Virus record (IMG/VR): IMGVR_UViG_3300043932_000058
Coordinates: 1-35,579 of that record
Length of the DNA: 35,579 bases
Strand: one strand, 5' to 3'
Origin: a virus
Taxonomy: Duplodnaviria; Caudoviricetes
The position numbers and the translations under genes were made by a program. The notes below the pieces were generated by a model. That model did not search any database, was not told the DNA's origin, and saw nothing but the letters and a program-made list of their open reading frames with translations. Within the stretch, counting starts at the first letter, position 1. Each line of letters starts with the position of its first letter. Below are positions 7,903 through 16,210 of the stretch, piece after piece.

Positions 7903-9438
7903 GTGATGGCTTCGAAGATCACGCATGGTTTTACGGAGCCGAGGATTTTCACGAAGCCTTTGCGGGAGTTGACGCGTGAGACGTCGCGTGGTTTTGAGGC
8001 GATCCGGTTTGCGGAGAAGGTACTCAATGTTCGGCTTTTCCCGTGGCAGAAGTGGTTGTTTATTCATCTTTTGGAGTTGAATCCGGACGGGACGCTGCGG
8101 TTTCGTAAAGCGCTTGTAATTGTTGCTCGTCAGAATGGTAAAACGTTGATCGCTGCGGTCCTCGCGGCGTTCTTTTTGTATGTAGATTCGGTACGTTGGC
8201 CGGAATATATAAAGCCACGTGATTTTGTGATCGTGGGTGCGGCGCAGAAGCTTGATATTGCGATGAAACCATGGACGCAGGTGCGCCAGTGGGGTGGGCC
8301 GGATGATCCGCGTATTGGTATTGCTCATGATCGCGTCCCGATCTTGCAGGCAGTCACTCGGATGCCTCGCACGGCGAATGGTGAAACCGAGCTTGTTACC
8401 ACGGAGGGCGCGGTCTACAGGCCCAGAACGTTTGAGGGTGCGCGTGGATATTCGTCTGCGCGGCTGATTTTGGACGAGCTACGCGAACAACATGATTATG
8501 TGGGCTGGTCGGCGATCGAAAAATCGGCAACCGCCATGTTTGATTCGCTGTTGTTGGCGTTTTCGAATGCTGGCACCGCGAAATCGGAGGTTTTGCGGGA
8601 TGTGCGTACGATCGCGCACGAATCGGTGGATAAGCGGAATGCGCAGTGGTTTATCGCGGAGTGGTCTGCGGACGAGGATGCAGATTTGGATGATCCACGG
8701 GCGTTCGCGCAGGCAAATCCGTCGGCGGGCTATCTGCCTGCCATGACGATTGACGGGCTGATGCAGACCGCTGCGGAGGCGAAAAACAAGAATATTGAAC
8801 GGATTGAGGTTCTTTGCCAGTGGGTTTCCGCGCAAATCGAGCCATATATTGATGTTTCGGAGTGGAAGGCTGGGTTCGTCTCCCCATTTGAGGTGAGTAT
8901 TCCGCGCGGTTCGCGCACCGTGTGGGGTGTGGACGTGAGTTTTGACCGGCGTTGGACGTGGATTTCGGCGGCGGTTTTCCTGGATGATGGGCGGCCGTTC
9001 GTTCAACTGCGTGAGCGACACAAGTCGATGTTTAAGGCGGTGGATCGGCTGGCGGAGCTTGCTGCCGAGTCTGGTTCTAGCGAGGTTGCGTTACAGTCGC
9101 GTGGGTCCGCCTCGATGGAGCTTGTTCAACCGCTGCGGGAGAAGGGCTTGACGGTTCACGAGATCGATGGTGGGCATATTGGGCTCGCTACGGGGCGTTT
9201 CCGGGACCGCGTGCGGTCTGGGGAGCTTGCACATACTGAGCAGCCGTTGATTGATCTCGGTATCGAGGGTGGCATCGTGAAACGGATCGCTGAAAACGAG
9301 GCGTGGGATCGGTACCGATCGGTCGTTGACGTGGCGGGCGTCGTCTCTGAAACGGTAGCCCTCTACGGGCTGGAGGTACTAACACCAGGCGATGAGGTTT
9401 ATTCCGCCTATCAGGATTATGACGTGATGACTTTTTAG
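7903..9438 (+). CDS. terL: terminase large subunit
   Basis: LFPWQKW adenine-binding motif, VARQNGKT Walker A, LILDE Walker B, QANPS, and GVDVS nuclease motif. Confidence 0.95.
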   Translation: MMASKITHGFTEPRIFTKPLRELTRETSRGFEAIRFAEKVLNVRLFPWQKWLFIHLLELNPDGTLRFRKALVIVARQNGKTLIAAVLAAFFLYVDSVRWPEYIKPRDFVIVGAAQKLDIAMKPWTQVRQWGGPDDPRIGIAHDRVPILQAVTRMPRTANGETELVTTEGAVYRPRTFEGARGYSSARLILDELREQHDYVGWSAIEKSATAMFDSLLLAFSNAGTAKSEVLRDVRTIAHESVDKRNAQWFIAEWSADEDADLDDPRAFAQANPSAGYLPAMTIDGLMQTAAEAKNKNIERIEVLCQWVSAQIEPYIDVSEWKAGFVSPFEVSIPRGSRTVWGVDVSFDRRWTWISAAVFLDDGRPFVQLRERHKSMFKAVDRLAELAAESGSSEVALQSRGSASMELVQPLREKGLTVHEIDGGHIGLATGRFRDRVRSGELAHTEQPLIDLGIEGGIVKRIAENEAWDRYRSVVDVAGVVSETVALYGLEVLTPGDEVYSAYQDYDVMTF

Positions 9439-9443
9439 GGGGC

Positions 9444-9647
9444 GTGATGCGCGGATTCAAGGCGTACGTGGGGCAGACAATTATTGTTTCTACCGCGTCT
9501 TTCGATGTGAAGGGGCGTCTCTCGGCTGCTGGTGGCGGTATTTTGACTCTCCGTGACGCGATCGCCATCTCAGATATGGGGTCAAACCCGGTTGATGGCG
9601 TCCTCTTGGTCCCTGAGGGGCAGATCAGATATGTGCAGGTGGTGTGA
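9444..9647 (+). CDS. small hypothetical protein between terminase and portal
   Basis: 67 aa, translationally coupled to the portal; beta-rich, ends in IRYVQVV. Confidence 0.7.
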   Translation: MMRGFKAYVGQTIIVSTASFDVKGRLSAAGGGILTLRDAIAISDMGSNPVDGVLLVPEGQIRYVQVV

Positions 9648-10906
9648 TGGCTGTTTTCACGTCACTTGGAAAGTTGAATGACTGGGCTTCGGCGAACAAT
9701 ATCGAGGTTGTTGATCCTGGGCAGCCGTTGTTGTCGTGGGACCCGGATAAGCCGGAGAAGGCGTACCGTCAGCCGCCGGTTTTTACGGTGGTTGATTTTA
9801 TTGCCCGTCATATTTCCGCGTTGCCGTTGAAGGTTTATCGTCGCACTGGTGATGATGCGCGGGAGCGTGTGCGCGACTCCGAATTGGCGAATTTGATTGC
9901 CACACCAACCGGTGGGGCACTTCCGCCGATACGTTTTTGGTACAGCCTGATCGCCGACGGATTACTATCTGATCGAATGCTGGCGATCGTAGAAACGAAA
10001 AAAGGCGGTGGTTATGCGCTACAGCGTGTTCCGCCACGGTATTGGCAGTTGATTTCCGGCAATTTTGACGTGATCGCAGGAGTTCATATCGTCACCGGCG
10101 ATGGCGAAGGTTGGGATCTATCAACCGTCGATGACTCAATGATTTTGGATGTAGGTTACGCATTCGCCGGGGTGAAAGGGACTCCGAAGGCGCGTATTTT
10201 GAAGCGCGTCCTGCAGGAATATCAGGACTCGCTTGATTATCGCGAGCAGGTAAACAAAAAGACTGCACGTTCACCGTTTTTCGTTCTGAGGGATAAGCCG
10301 TGGCCGGATAAGGAATCGCGAGAACGATTCCAACGTGGGTTGCATGAGTTTGCTGGCGGTGGTTCATCTGCCGGGTCGGGGATGCTCCTCGAAGACGGTA
10401 TGAACGTCGGCAAGCTCGATATGTTCAAGCCGATCGATGTGGCTGATCTTGATGCGCGCGACAAAGTGAAAATCGATGTGGCGAACGCTTTCGGTATTCC
10501 CGCCGAAATTATCGGTTTCCGTGAAGGCAATTTCTCGAATCTTGATGCGTTCCAGCATGCGTTGTACGGGACGTATCTTCGACCGTACATTGTTGCTTTT
10601 GAGCAGGCGCTCAACGCTGGGCTACGCAAATTTGCGGGACCTGGTGAGTATGTCGAGTTCGATTTGGATGCGCAGATGCGTGGCAATCCGGAGACCCAGT
10701 ACGCCTCAATGTCCACCGCGACAGGGAGGCCTTTCATGACGACGAACGAGATTCGTGCGCGCATGAATCTCCCACCGGTAGAGGGCGGGGATGGTTTAGT
10801 TACGCCTTTGAACGTGCTGATTGGCGGGCAAACAAGTCCTCAAGATGGACAAACCGCCGGTCGAGGTGGCGGAGATTTGGCGAGTGTGGAAAGTGAGGAG
10901 GAGTAA
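9644..10906 (+). CDS. portal protein (HK97 family)
   Basis: VDFIARHISALPLKVYR, LLEDGM, DVANAFGIP, TTNEIRARMNLPPVEGGD. Confidence 0.95.
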   Translation: MMAVFTSLGKLNDWASANNIEVVDPGQPLLSWDPDKPEKAYRQPPVFTVVDFIARHISALPLKVYRRTGDDARERVRDSELANLIATPTGGALPPIRFWYSLIADGLLSDRMLAIVETKKGGGYALQRVPPRYWQLISGNFDVIAGVHIVTGDGEGWDLSTVDDSMILDVGYAFAGVKGTPKARILKRVLQEYQDSLDYREQVNKKTARSPFFVLRDKPWPDKESRERFQRGLHEFAGGGSSAGSGMLLEDGMNVGKLDMFKPIDVADLDARDKVKIDVANAFGIPAEIIGFREGNFSNLDAFQHALYGTYLRPYIVAFEQALNAGLRKFAGPGEYVEFDLDAQMRGNPETQYASMSTATGRPFMTTNEIRARMNLPPVEGGDGLVTPLNVLIGGQTSPQDGQTAGRGGGDLASVESEEE

Positions 10907-10908
10907 GC

Positions 10909-11625
10909 GTGGCGGAAATAAACCTTATAGCCGGTCCCCCACATGGTGGGAAAACTACATATGCGCGTGAGCATCACCAATCCGGCGAGTCGGATGGGAA
11001 GGCAGCTCGCGGCTCGCGGGTTTTCCGGAAAACGTTTGCGGCTGATGTGAAGGCGACCGAATCCGATGATGGCTCGACAACCTTTGAAGGATACGCGGCG
11101 GTTTTCGGAAATATTGATTTGGGTGGCGACAAGATTATCAAAGGCGCGTTTGCTGAAACGCTCCAGAAACGCTACCCAAACGATGGCGCTGGAATTCCCG
11201 TGTATTGGAACCACAACACTGATGACCCGTTCGCGAATATTGGGATGACCGCTAAGGCTATTGAGGATGATCACGGCCTAAAAGTCACGGTTCTGGTGGA
11301 CACTTCGACCGATTACGGGAAGCAGGTCGCGAAACTCCTCAAAGAAGGTCGCGTTACTCAAATGTCTTTCGCGTTCGATGTAAAAGATGGTGCGTTCGTC
11401 GATTCGGAGGATGATGGCTCGTTTTATGAGCTGCGCAAACTTGACCTTTTCGAAGTGAGTGTCGTCCCGATTGGGATGAATCAGGAAACGGAAATCACGT
11501 CCGTGAAGGCCGTCAAGGAGCAGGAGCGGGAGAAGGCTCCCGAACCTGATGAGAAAGACTCTGGTGAGCAAACCGTTGCCCACCTTGAAACCGCTGCCCG
11601 GCGGCTCCGGGCCATGGACCTCTGA
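10909..11625 (+). CDS. prohead (capsid maturation) protease, HK97 family
   Basis: FEGYAAVFGNIDLGGD, WNHN, MSFAF, LFEVSVVPIGMN; carries an unusual N-terminal P-loop-like extension. Confidence 0.93.
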   Translation: MAEINLIAGPPHGGKTTYAREHHQSGESDGKAARGSRVFRKTFAADVKATESDDGSTTFEGYAAVFGNIDLGGDKIIKGAFAETLQKRYPNDGAGIPVYWNHNTDDPFANIGMTAKAIEDDHGLKVTVLVDTSTDYGKQVAKLLKEGRVTQMSFAFDVKDGAFVDSEDDGSFYELRKLDLFEVSVVPIGMNQETEITSVKAVKEQEREKAPEPDEKDSGEQTVAHLETAARRLRAMDL

Positions 11626-11639
11626 GGAGGAGGACAAAA

Positions 11640-12890
11640 ATGGCGAAAACCATTAATGAAACCCTGGCCGAGCATAAGGCGGCGGCCAAGGCGATTGTAG
11701 ATAAGGCGACAGCCGAGGGCCGTGACATGACGGAAGCTGAAATGAAAGCGTTCGATGAGGCTATCGCGGAATATGACAAGGCCAAAGATCGCTACGAGAA
11801 AGCCGCCGCGGTCACCGCGAAGTTGGAAAGTCTCGGGCCGATCGATCTTGGTGAGGCTGATGATGATGTGGAGGTGAAGGCTGCCACGCTCGGTGAGCGT
11901 TTCACGAAGGGTGCGGGATATCAGGACCTTCAACAGATGGCTAAAGACCTCGGTGGGCTGGGACGTAATGCGAATATCAACATTAGGCCTACGCGAGTCG
12001 GCTCTCTCAAAGAGTTCATGGCGGCCCGCAAAGGTGCCGCGCTAACGACTGATCTTTCGCACGCGCAAAACATTCGCTTGCCGATGATTGATCAGGTTGA
12101 TCGCCCAGCCTTGACGCTACTTGACCTGATTTCGCGTGGCACGACTCGTGGCGCGTTCGAATACCTCCAAATTCTTGCGATCACACGCAATACGGCGATC
12201 GTCCCTGAGAATACTGGTGATGATGTGACGGACACGATCAAACCAGAGTCGTCTTTCACGACCGCGCTGGCAGATGCGAAGGTTTACGACTACGCCGACG
12301 GCTACACGGTTACGAATCAGCTGCTCCAGGACGATCAGGCGTTGGCGTCATTCCTGAACTCGGAGTTCCGGTATAGCTTCGACACGATTTTGGCGGACAA
12401 GCTGCTCAACGGGTCAGGGACAAACGGCGAACCGAAGGGCTTGCTGAACACGACCGGCGTGCAAGCGAAGTCATGGACCGCTGGAACGAAGGAAGCGCTC
12501 TCGCTGATCGAGGCGATTCGGCAGTCTAAGACACTGTTGAAGCGTGCGTCGAATCGTTCGGTACTCATTTCTCCGGAGGATGCGGAGAAGATCGACCTGC
12601 TGCGCGACGGTAACGATCGGTTCTACGGCAACGGCCCGTTCAGCATGGGACCGAATACTCTGTGGGGGATGCCTGTTGTTGAGTCCGAACAGTTGTCTGC
12701 TGGGCAAACGATCGTGGGTGATTTCCGTCAGATCGCGCTCCTGGATCGTTCGGGACTGTCTGTGCAGGCGTTCAACCAGCATAAGGATTATGCGGCCCGC
12801 AACCTCACGTATGTGCGTGCTGAGTTGCGTGCAGCGCAAGCGATTTGGCGTCCGGCGCACTTCGTAGTCCTTGAGAAGAGCGCGGCCTAA
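11640..12890 (+). CDS. major capsid protein (HK97 fold, N-terminal delta domain)
   Basis: Coiled-coil N-terminus; LLNGSGTNGEPKGLL; TLWGMPVVES...IVGDF; GAGGAGGAGG RBS. Confidence 0.95.
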   Translation: MAKTINETLAEHKAAAKAIVDKATAEGRDMTEAEMKAFDEAIAEYDKAKDRYEKAAAVTAKLESLGPIDLGEADDDVEVKAATLGERFTKGAGYQDLQQMAKDLGGLGRNANINIRPTRVGSLKEFMAARKGAALTTDLSHAQNIRLPMIDQVDRPALTLLDLISRGTTRGAFEYLQILAITRNTAIVPENTGDDVTDTIKPESSFTTALADAKVYDYADGYTVTNQLLQDDQALASFLNSEFRYSFDTILADKLLNGSGTNGEPKGLLNTTGVQAKSWTAGTKEALSLIEAIRQSKTLLKRASNRSVLISPEDAEKIDLLRDGNDRFYGNGPFSMGPNTLWGMPVVESEQLSAGQTIVGDFRQIALLDRSGLSVQAFNQHKDYAARNLTYVRAELRAAQAIWRPAHFVVLEKSAA

Positions 12891-12892
12891 TC

Positions 12893-13063
12893 ATGGTAAT
12901 GAAAATTGTCTCCGGAATTCGTTTCCGTGAGGAGGATTTGGAGCGCCTCGCGCCGGTTCTAACCAAGGCGCTCCGCCCATCCACCACCTCGACGGAAAAC
13001 AAGTCCAGAAAAACCACCGTGAAGAAGACTGCGGCGAAGGCTACGACTAGCGCCGCCGAATGA
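12893..13063 (+). CDS. small basic protein after the capsid gene (56 aa, not in the ORF track)
   Basis: MVMKIVSGIRFREED...KKTAAKATTSAAE* fills the gap between the capsid and adaptor genes. Confidence 0.65.
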   Translation: MVMKIVSGIRFREEDLERLAPVLTKALRPSTTSTENKSRKTTVKKTAAKATTSAAE

Positions 13064-13070
13064 TCGGAGG

Positions 13071-13595
13071 TTGGCTATGCCTGCTGACGATATTGTTTCG
13101 GCGACCACTATGCTTGATTCGCAGTGGTGGATTCGTGCGGCCCAGTCGGCTGTGCGGCGCTATTGCGGCTGGCATGTCGCCCCATCTATCACTGAGACGG
13201 TGAGAGTGGACGCATACGGTGGGCAGGTTTTGTATCTGCCGTCTAAGCATGTGACTGCGATTGCGTCTATCTCGGTGGACGGTGAGGCTGTGGCCGAGTT
13301 TGATTGGTCGGAGGCCGGTACTGTCGTGCTCCGGTCTGGGTCGTGGCCGGATCGTCCGGGCGCGGTGCAGGTTGATTTGACGCATGGTTGGCCGGTCGAT
13401 GATGTGCCTGAGGTTGCGGCGTTGATTCTCGCGGTTGGGAAGCGTGCCCGCACACAGCCTGGCGTGATCGCGTCACAGTCAGTCAATGGGGCGAGCGTTT
13501 CGTATCAGAGTGCGGGTGGTGCGCCATTATCGGTGCCGCTACTCTCGATTGAGAAGGAAATGCTCGCCCCATATCGGCTGAATTGGGGGCCGTAA
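13071..13595 (+). CDS. head-to-tail adaptor
   Basis: AVRRYCGWHVAP...VDLTHGW...LAPYRL pattern and gene position. Confidence 0.85.
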   Translation: MAMPADDIVSATTMLDSQWWIRAAQSAVRRYCGWHVAPSITETVRVDAYGGQVLYLPSKHVTAIASISVDGEAVAEFDWSEAGTVVLRSGSWPDRPGAVQVDLTHGWPVDDVPEVAALILAVGKRARTQPGVIASQSVNGASVSYQSAGGAPLSVPLLSIEKEMLAPYRLNWGP

Positions 13596-13981
13596 TGGCT
13601 ACAGTCGATGATTTCCTGGTGGGTGACGGTTTCGGATTCTCGCACGTTTCCACATTTACGCGGCGGCGTGCAGGTCAGAAAACGAATCCGTACGATCCGG
13701 ATGAGACGGTCGAGGATTGGGATAACGCCGAAGAACTCGGGTTTGAGGGCTATTGGGCGTCGCAGTCGTCGCTGGAACAGTCTGATGCGGTGCGTGCACA
13801 GATCGTCACCACGAAGCAGATCGTGATTACTGAACCGGATTTTGATATTCGGGCTGGTGATCGCGTTGTTGCTCCCGGCGGTGGCACTTATCGTGTGACC
13901 GGCTTCCCTGGGGCGGACATGAATCCGTTTACGGGGTGGCAGCCTACGCTGGTTGTCAATGTTGAGGAGGCGACGGGCTGA
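13595..13981 (+). CDS. head-to-tail stopper
   Basis: NPY...EDW...DIRAGDRV...NPFTGWQP; TAATG coupling; gene position. Confidence 0.75.
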   Translation: MATVDDFLVGDGFGFSHVSTFTRRRAGQKTNPYDPDETVEDWDNAEELGFEGYWASQSSLEQSDAVRAQIVTTKQIVITEPDFDIRAGDRVVAPGGGTYRVTGFPGADMNPFTGWQPTLVVNVEEATG

Positions 13982-14265
13982 TGGCTGATGTTTCGATCGA
14001 CTTCAACCAGGCGTATTTCAACACGATTTTGCGATCCGCCGGTGTGGAGAGTCTGTGCCGGGAGAAGGCTGCTGCGGCGCTGGCTGTAGCGCAGGCGAAT
14101 GCTCCAGTGAAAACAGGGGCGTATAGGCGTGGGTTGCGGGTCGTGCGTGCTGAACGAAAGTATCGTACGGCGTGGCTTGTTGAGGGCACTGATCCGAAAA
14201 CGTTGCTTGTGGAGTCTCGTACGGGGAATCTTGCTCGGGCGTTGAAGGCGGTGCGTGGGAAATGA
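13981..14265 (+). CDS. HK97 gp10-like tail completion/neck protein
   Basis: APVKTGAYRRGL motif; LVESRTGNLARAL. Confidence 0.8.
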   Translation: MADVSIDFNQAYFNTILRSAGVESLCREKAAAALAVAQANAPVKTGAYRRGLRVVRAERKYRTAWLVEGTDPKTLLVESRTGNLARALKAVRGK

Positions 14266-14690
14266 TTTTGCCGCCTGATATGGAGCTGTTTCTTACTAGC
14301 TATGTGCGGACTGTCTTGGCGAACCTGGGGCAGTCGGTGCGGGTGACGAATGTTGAACCGTCGTTTACTGGATCGAATCCGTTGGCGTTGCCGCTCACGA
14401 AGCCGTTTGTGGTTGTTCGTGACGATTCGGGTGCGCGTGGTGAGATTCTAACGTTTGAGCGTTCGATTGGGTTCGCCATTTTGGCGGGCTCGAAGGCTGA
14501 CATGCAGGCTGCGAATGATCTCGCGCGGCTCACGTTCGGGATAGTGACTGATTCGGCGATTATTGATGCTGAGGGGTCACCTATCGCGTCTATCGAAGAC
14601 ACGAATGGGCCGTATGCGGTTGCCGATGATCTTGATGTGGCGCGTCGCTATTTCACTGTGGATTACATGGTTGTTGGCTCTCTGAGCTGA
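14262..14690 (+). CDS. tail terminator protein
   Basis: PFVVVRDDSG motif; lies immediately before the major tail gene. Confidence 0.7.
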   Translation: MILPPDMELFLTSYVRTVLANLGQSVRVTNVEPSFTGSNPLALPLTKPFVVVRDDSGARGEILTFERSIGFAILAGSKADMQAANDLARLTFGIVTDSAIIDAEGSPIASIEDTNGPYAVADDLDVARRYFTVDYMVVGSLS

Positions 14691-14716
14691 CTTTTTATAT
14701 AGAACTATTAAATTGT

Positions 14717-14740
14717 GCCGTCCTTTGGGGCGGCTTTTCC
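14717..14740 (+). terminator. terminator-like hairpin before the major tail gene
   Basis: GCCGTCC-TTTG-GGGCGGC followed by TTTTCCTTTT. Confidence 0.5.
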
Positions 14741-14756
14741 TTTTAAGGAGGAAATT

Positions 14757-15353
14757 ATGGCTGCCGATTCGCAAGGAAATGACATTGAGGCGGTGGGTAT
14801 CCCGATCGGTGGGATGGTCGCGTTCGCTCCATATGCGGAGGAAAACGTGATCGCCGACGCGGACATGGGGGCAAAGCCGATCACTTTGCCGACAGGGTTC
14901 AAGCTGCTCGGACTCGTGAAATCGGATGGTGCGCCACAACATGCGCGTGAGAGTGACGACGCGACCGAGTTTTGGCAAAAAGGCTATTCGATGCCCGGCG
15001 ATGGCACTCGATCCATCCAAGTGAATCTCGCCGAGAACACGGATACGGTCCTGCAACTCACTGAGGGTAAAGTGCCGGACACGAATGGCGTGATCTACGT
15101 CGATTCCAGTTTGCCGGATGCTCGCGTGATCTTATTCCTGGCTACCAAGTACAAGAACGGTACTGAGGATCGCTACAACGGCGTCGCGCAGGTGACGGCC
15201 ATTGAGCCTGATCAGGATGAGCGCGGGTCGGTGAAGGGCACGTCGGTGACTCTCGAATGGCGTGAGGATGAGCTTTTTGCTGATGCCGACGGCAAGCTGC
15301 ATCCGTTTAAGTTTTGGCATGGGACTCCGACGGCTGCCACAACCGGTGCCTAA
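14757..15353 (+). CDS. major tail protein
   Basis: AAGGAGG RBS before ATG 14757; FKLLGLVKSDG motif; position before the chaperones. Confidence 0.85.
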   Translation: MAADSQGNDIEAVGIPIGGMVAFAPYAEENVIADADMGAKPITLPTGFKLLGLVKSDGAPQHARESDDATEFWQKGYSMPGDGTRSIQVNLAENTDTVLQLTEGKVPDTNGVIYVDSSLPDARVILFLATKYKNGTEDRYNGVAQVTAIEPDQDERGSVKGTSVTLEWREDELFADADGKLHPFKFWHGTPTAATTGA

Positions 15354-15360
15354 CTATGAC

Positions 15361-15439
15361 TGGCTGCGCGGCGTGTTTTCTATCGGGTCGCGCCGTGCAG
15401 CTACTCAATCACCTACCCGATAGATAACCCGATAGGAGA
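15361..15439 (+). promoter_or_regulatory. hairpin whose loop is complementary to two downstream repeats, one covering the chaperone RBS
   Basis: 15-bp stem 15361-15375/15389-15403 with 3 G-U pairs; loop TTTTCTATCGGGT; ACCCGATAG copies at 15415 and 15427. Confidence 0.6.
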
Positions 15440-15445
15440 ACAGAA

Positions 15446-15853
15446 ATGGCAACAAAAAAGGGTCTCGTGTGGGACTCGGACGAGATTGATCCGGCGCTTT
15501 TCGACACGTGGGATGAAGCGAAAGAGGAAGCCGCAATCGCCGAGGCCGCCGAAGCGATGGATGTCAAATACATCATCATTGAGGGGCGGATTTTTGCGGG
15601 ACGTTTCCCTGACGGCACCGTGGTAAAGGCTCCATTGACTGTCACACTCGATCAGATCGATGCAGTATCGCAGGTCTCGGATAGCGAAGTCGATCAGGTG
15701 AAAGAGCTTTTTAAAATGATCGGCGACGACGAGGCCGTTGCCGCATTCGAGAAGCAAAACATTGCCTCGACAATCATTTACGCCGTGAAATTCTTTGACG
15801 CACTCAAGCGGGTCACGAATAGCGCACTGGGAAAATTGGGCCTCGCGAACTGA
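15446..15853 (+). CDS. tail assembly chaperone (G-like)
   Basis: Lies between the major tail and tape measure genes; slippery G GGA AAA at 15829-15835. Confidence 0.85.
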   Translation: MATKKGLVWDSDEIDPALFDTWDEAKEEAAIAEAAEAMDVKYIIIEGRIFAGRFPDGTVVKAPLTVTLDQIDAVSQVSDSEVDQVKELFKMIGDDEAVAAFEKQNIASTIIYAVKFFDALKRVTNSALGKLGLAN

Positions 15854-16188
15854 TCTCACTCTGGGGTGAATATCGGGTTGCGTTCACGGCAACATTCCGC
15901 GAAAAATACCACGTCTCACCTCACGAGATCGGCAAAACCTTGCCGTGGAGTGAGGCGTGCGACCTGCTGGAAGACGCGCTCAGCGACACAGCTACGCCGA
16001 TCGCTGCCGCGCTGGCCGGATGGAGGTACCCCGCCTCAATCCCTGATCTCGTGGCGATGGCCTCTCAGGTTGGGGAAGAAGGCAAATCTGTTCTGCCGTG
16101 GAATCATCCACCAGCTCCCCCATCTGAGGCGGAAATTAAGCAGGCGCACGACGAGTTACTAGGCGAAATTCGTTTCGCAAACAACTAA
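15829..16188 (+). CDS. -1 frameshift extension of the tail assembly chaperone (GT-like)
   Basis: The -1 frame after GGGAAAA is open (IGPRELISLWGEYRVAF...LPWSEA...IRFANN*) up to 16188. Confidence 0.85.
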   Translation, partial: GKIGPRELISLWGEYRVAFTATFREKYHVSPHEIGKTLPWSEACDLLEDALSDTATPIAAALAGWRYPASIPDLVAMASQVGEEGKSVLPWNHPPAPPSEAEIKQAHDELLGEIRFANN

Positions 16189-16210
16189 ATAGTCTCCGGG
16201 AGGTGGCGGT

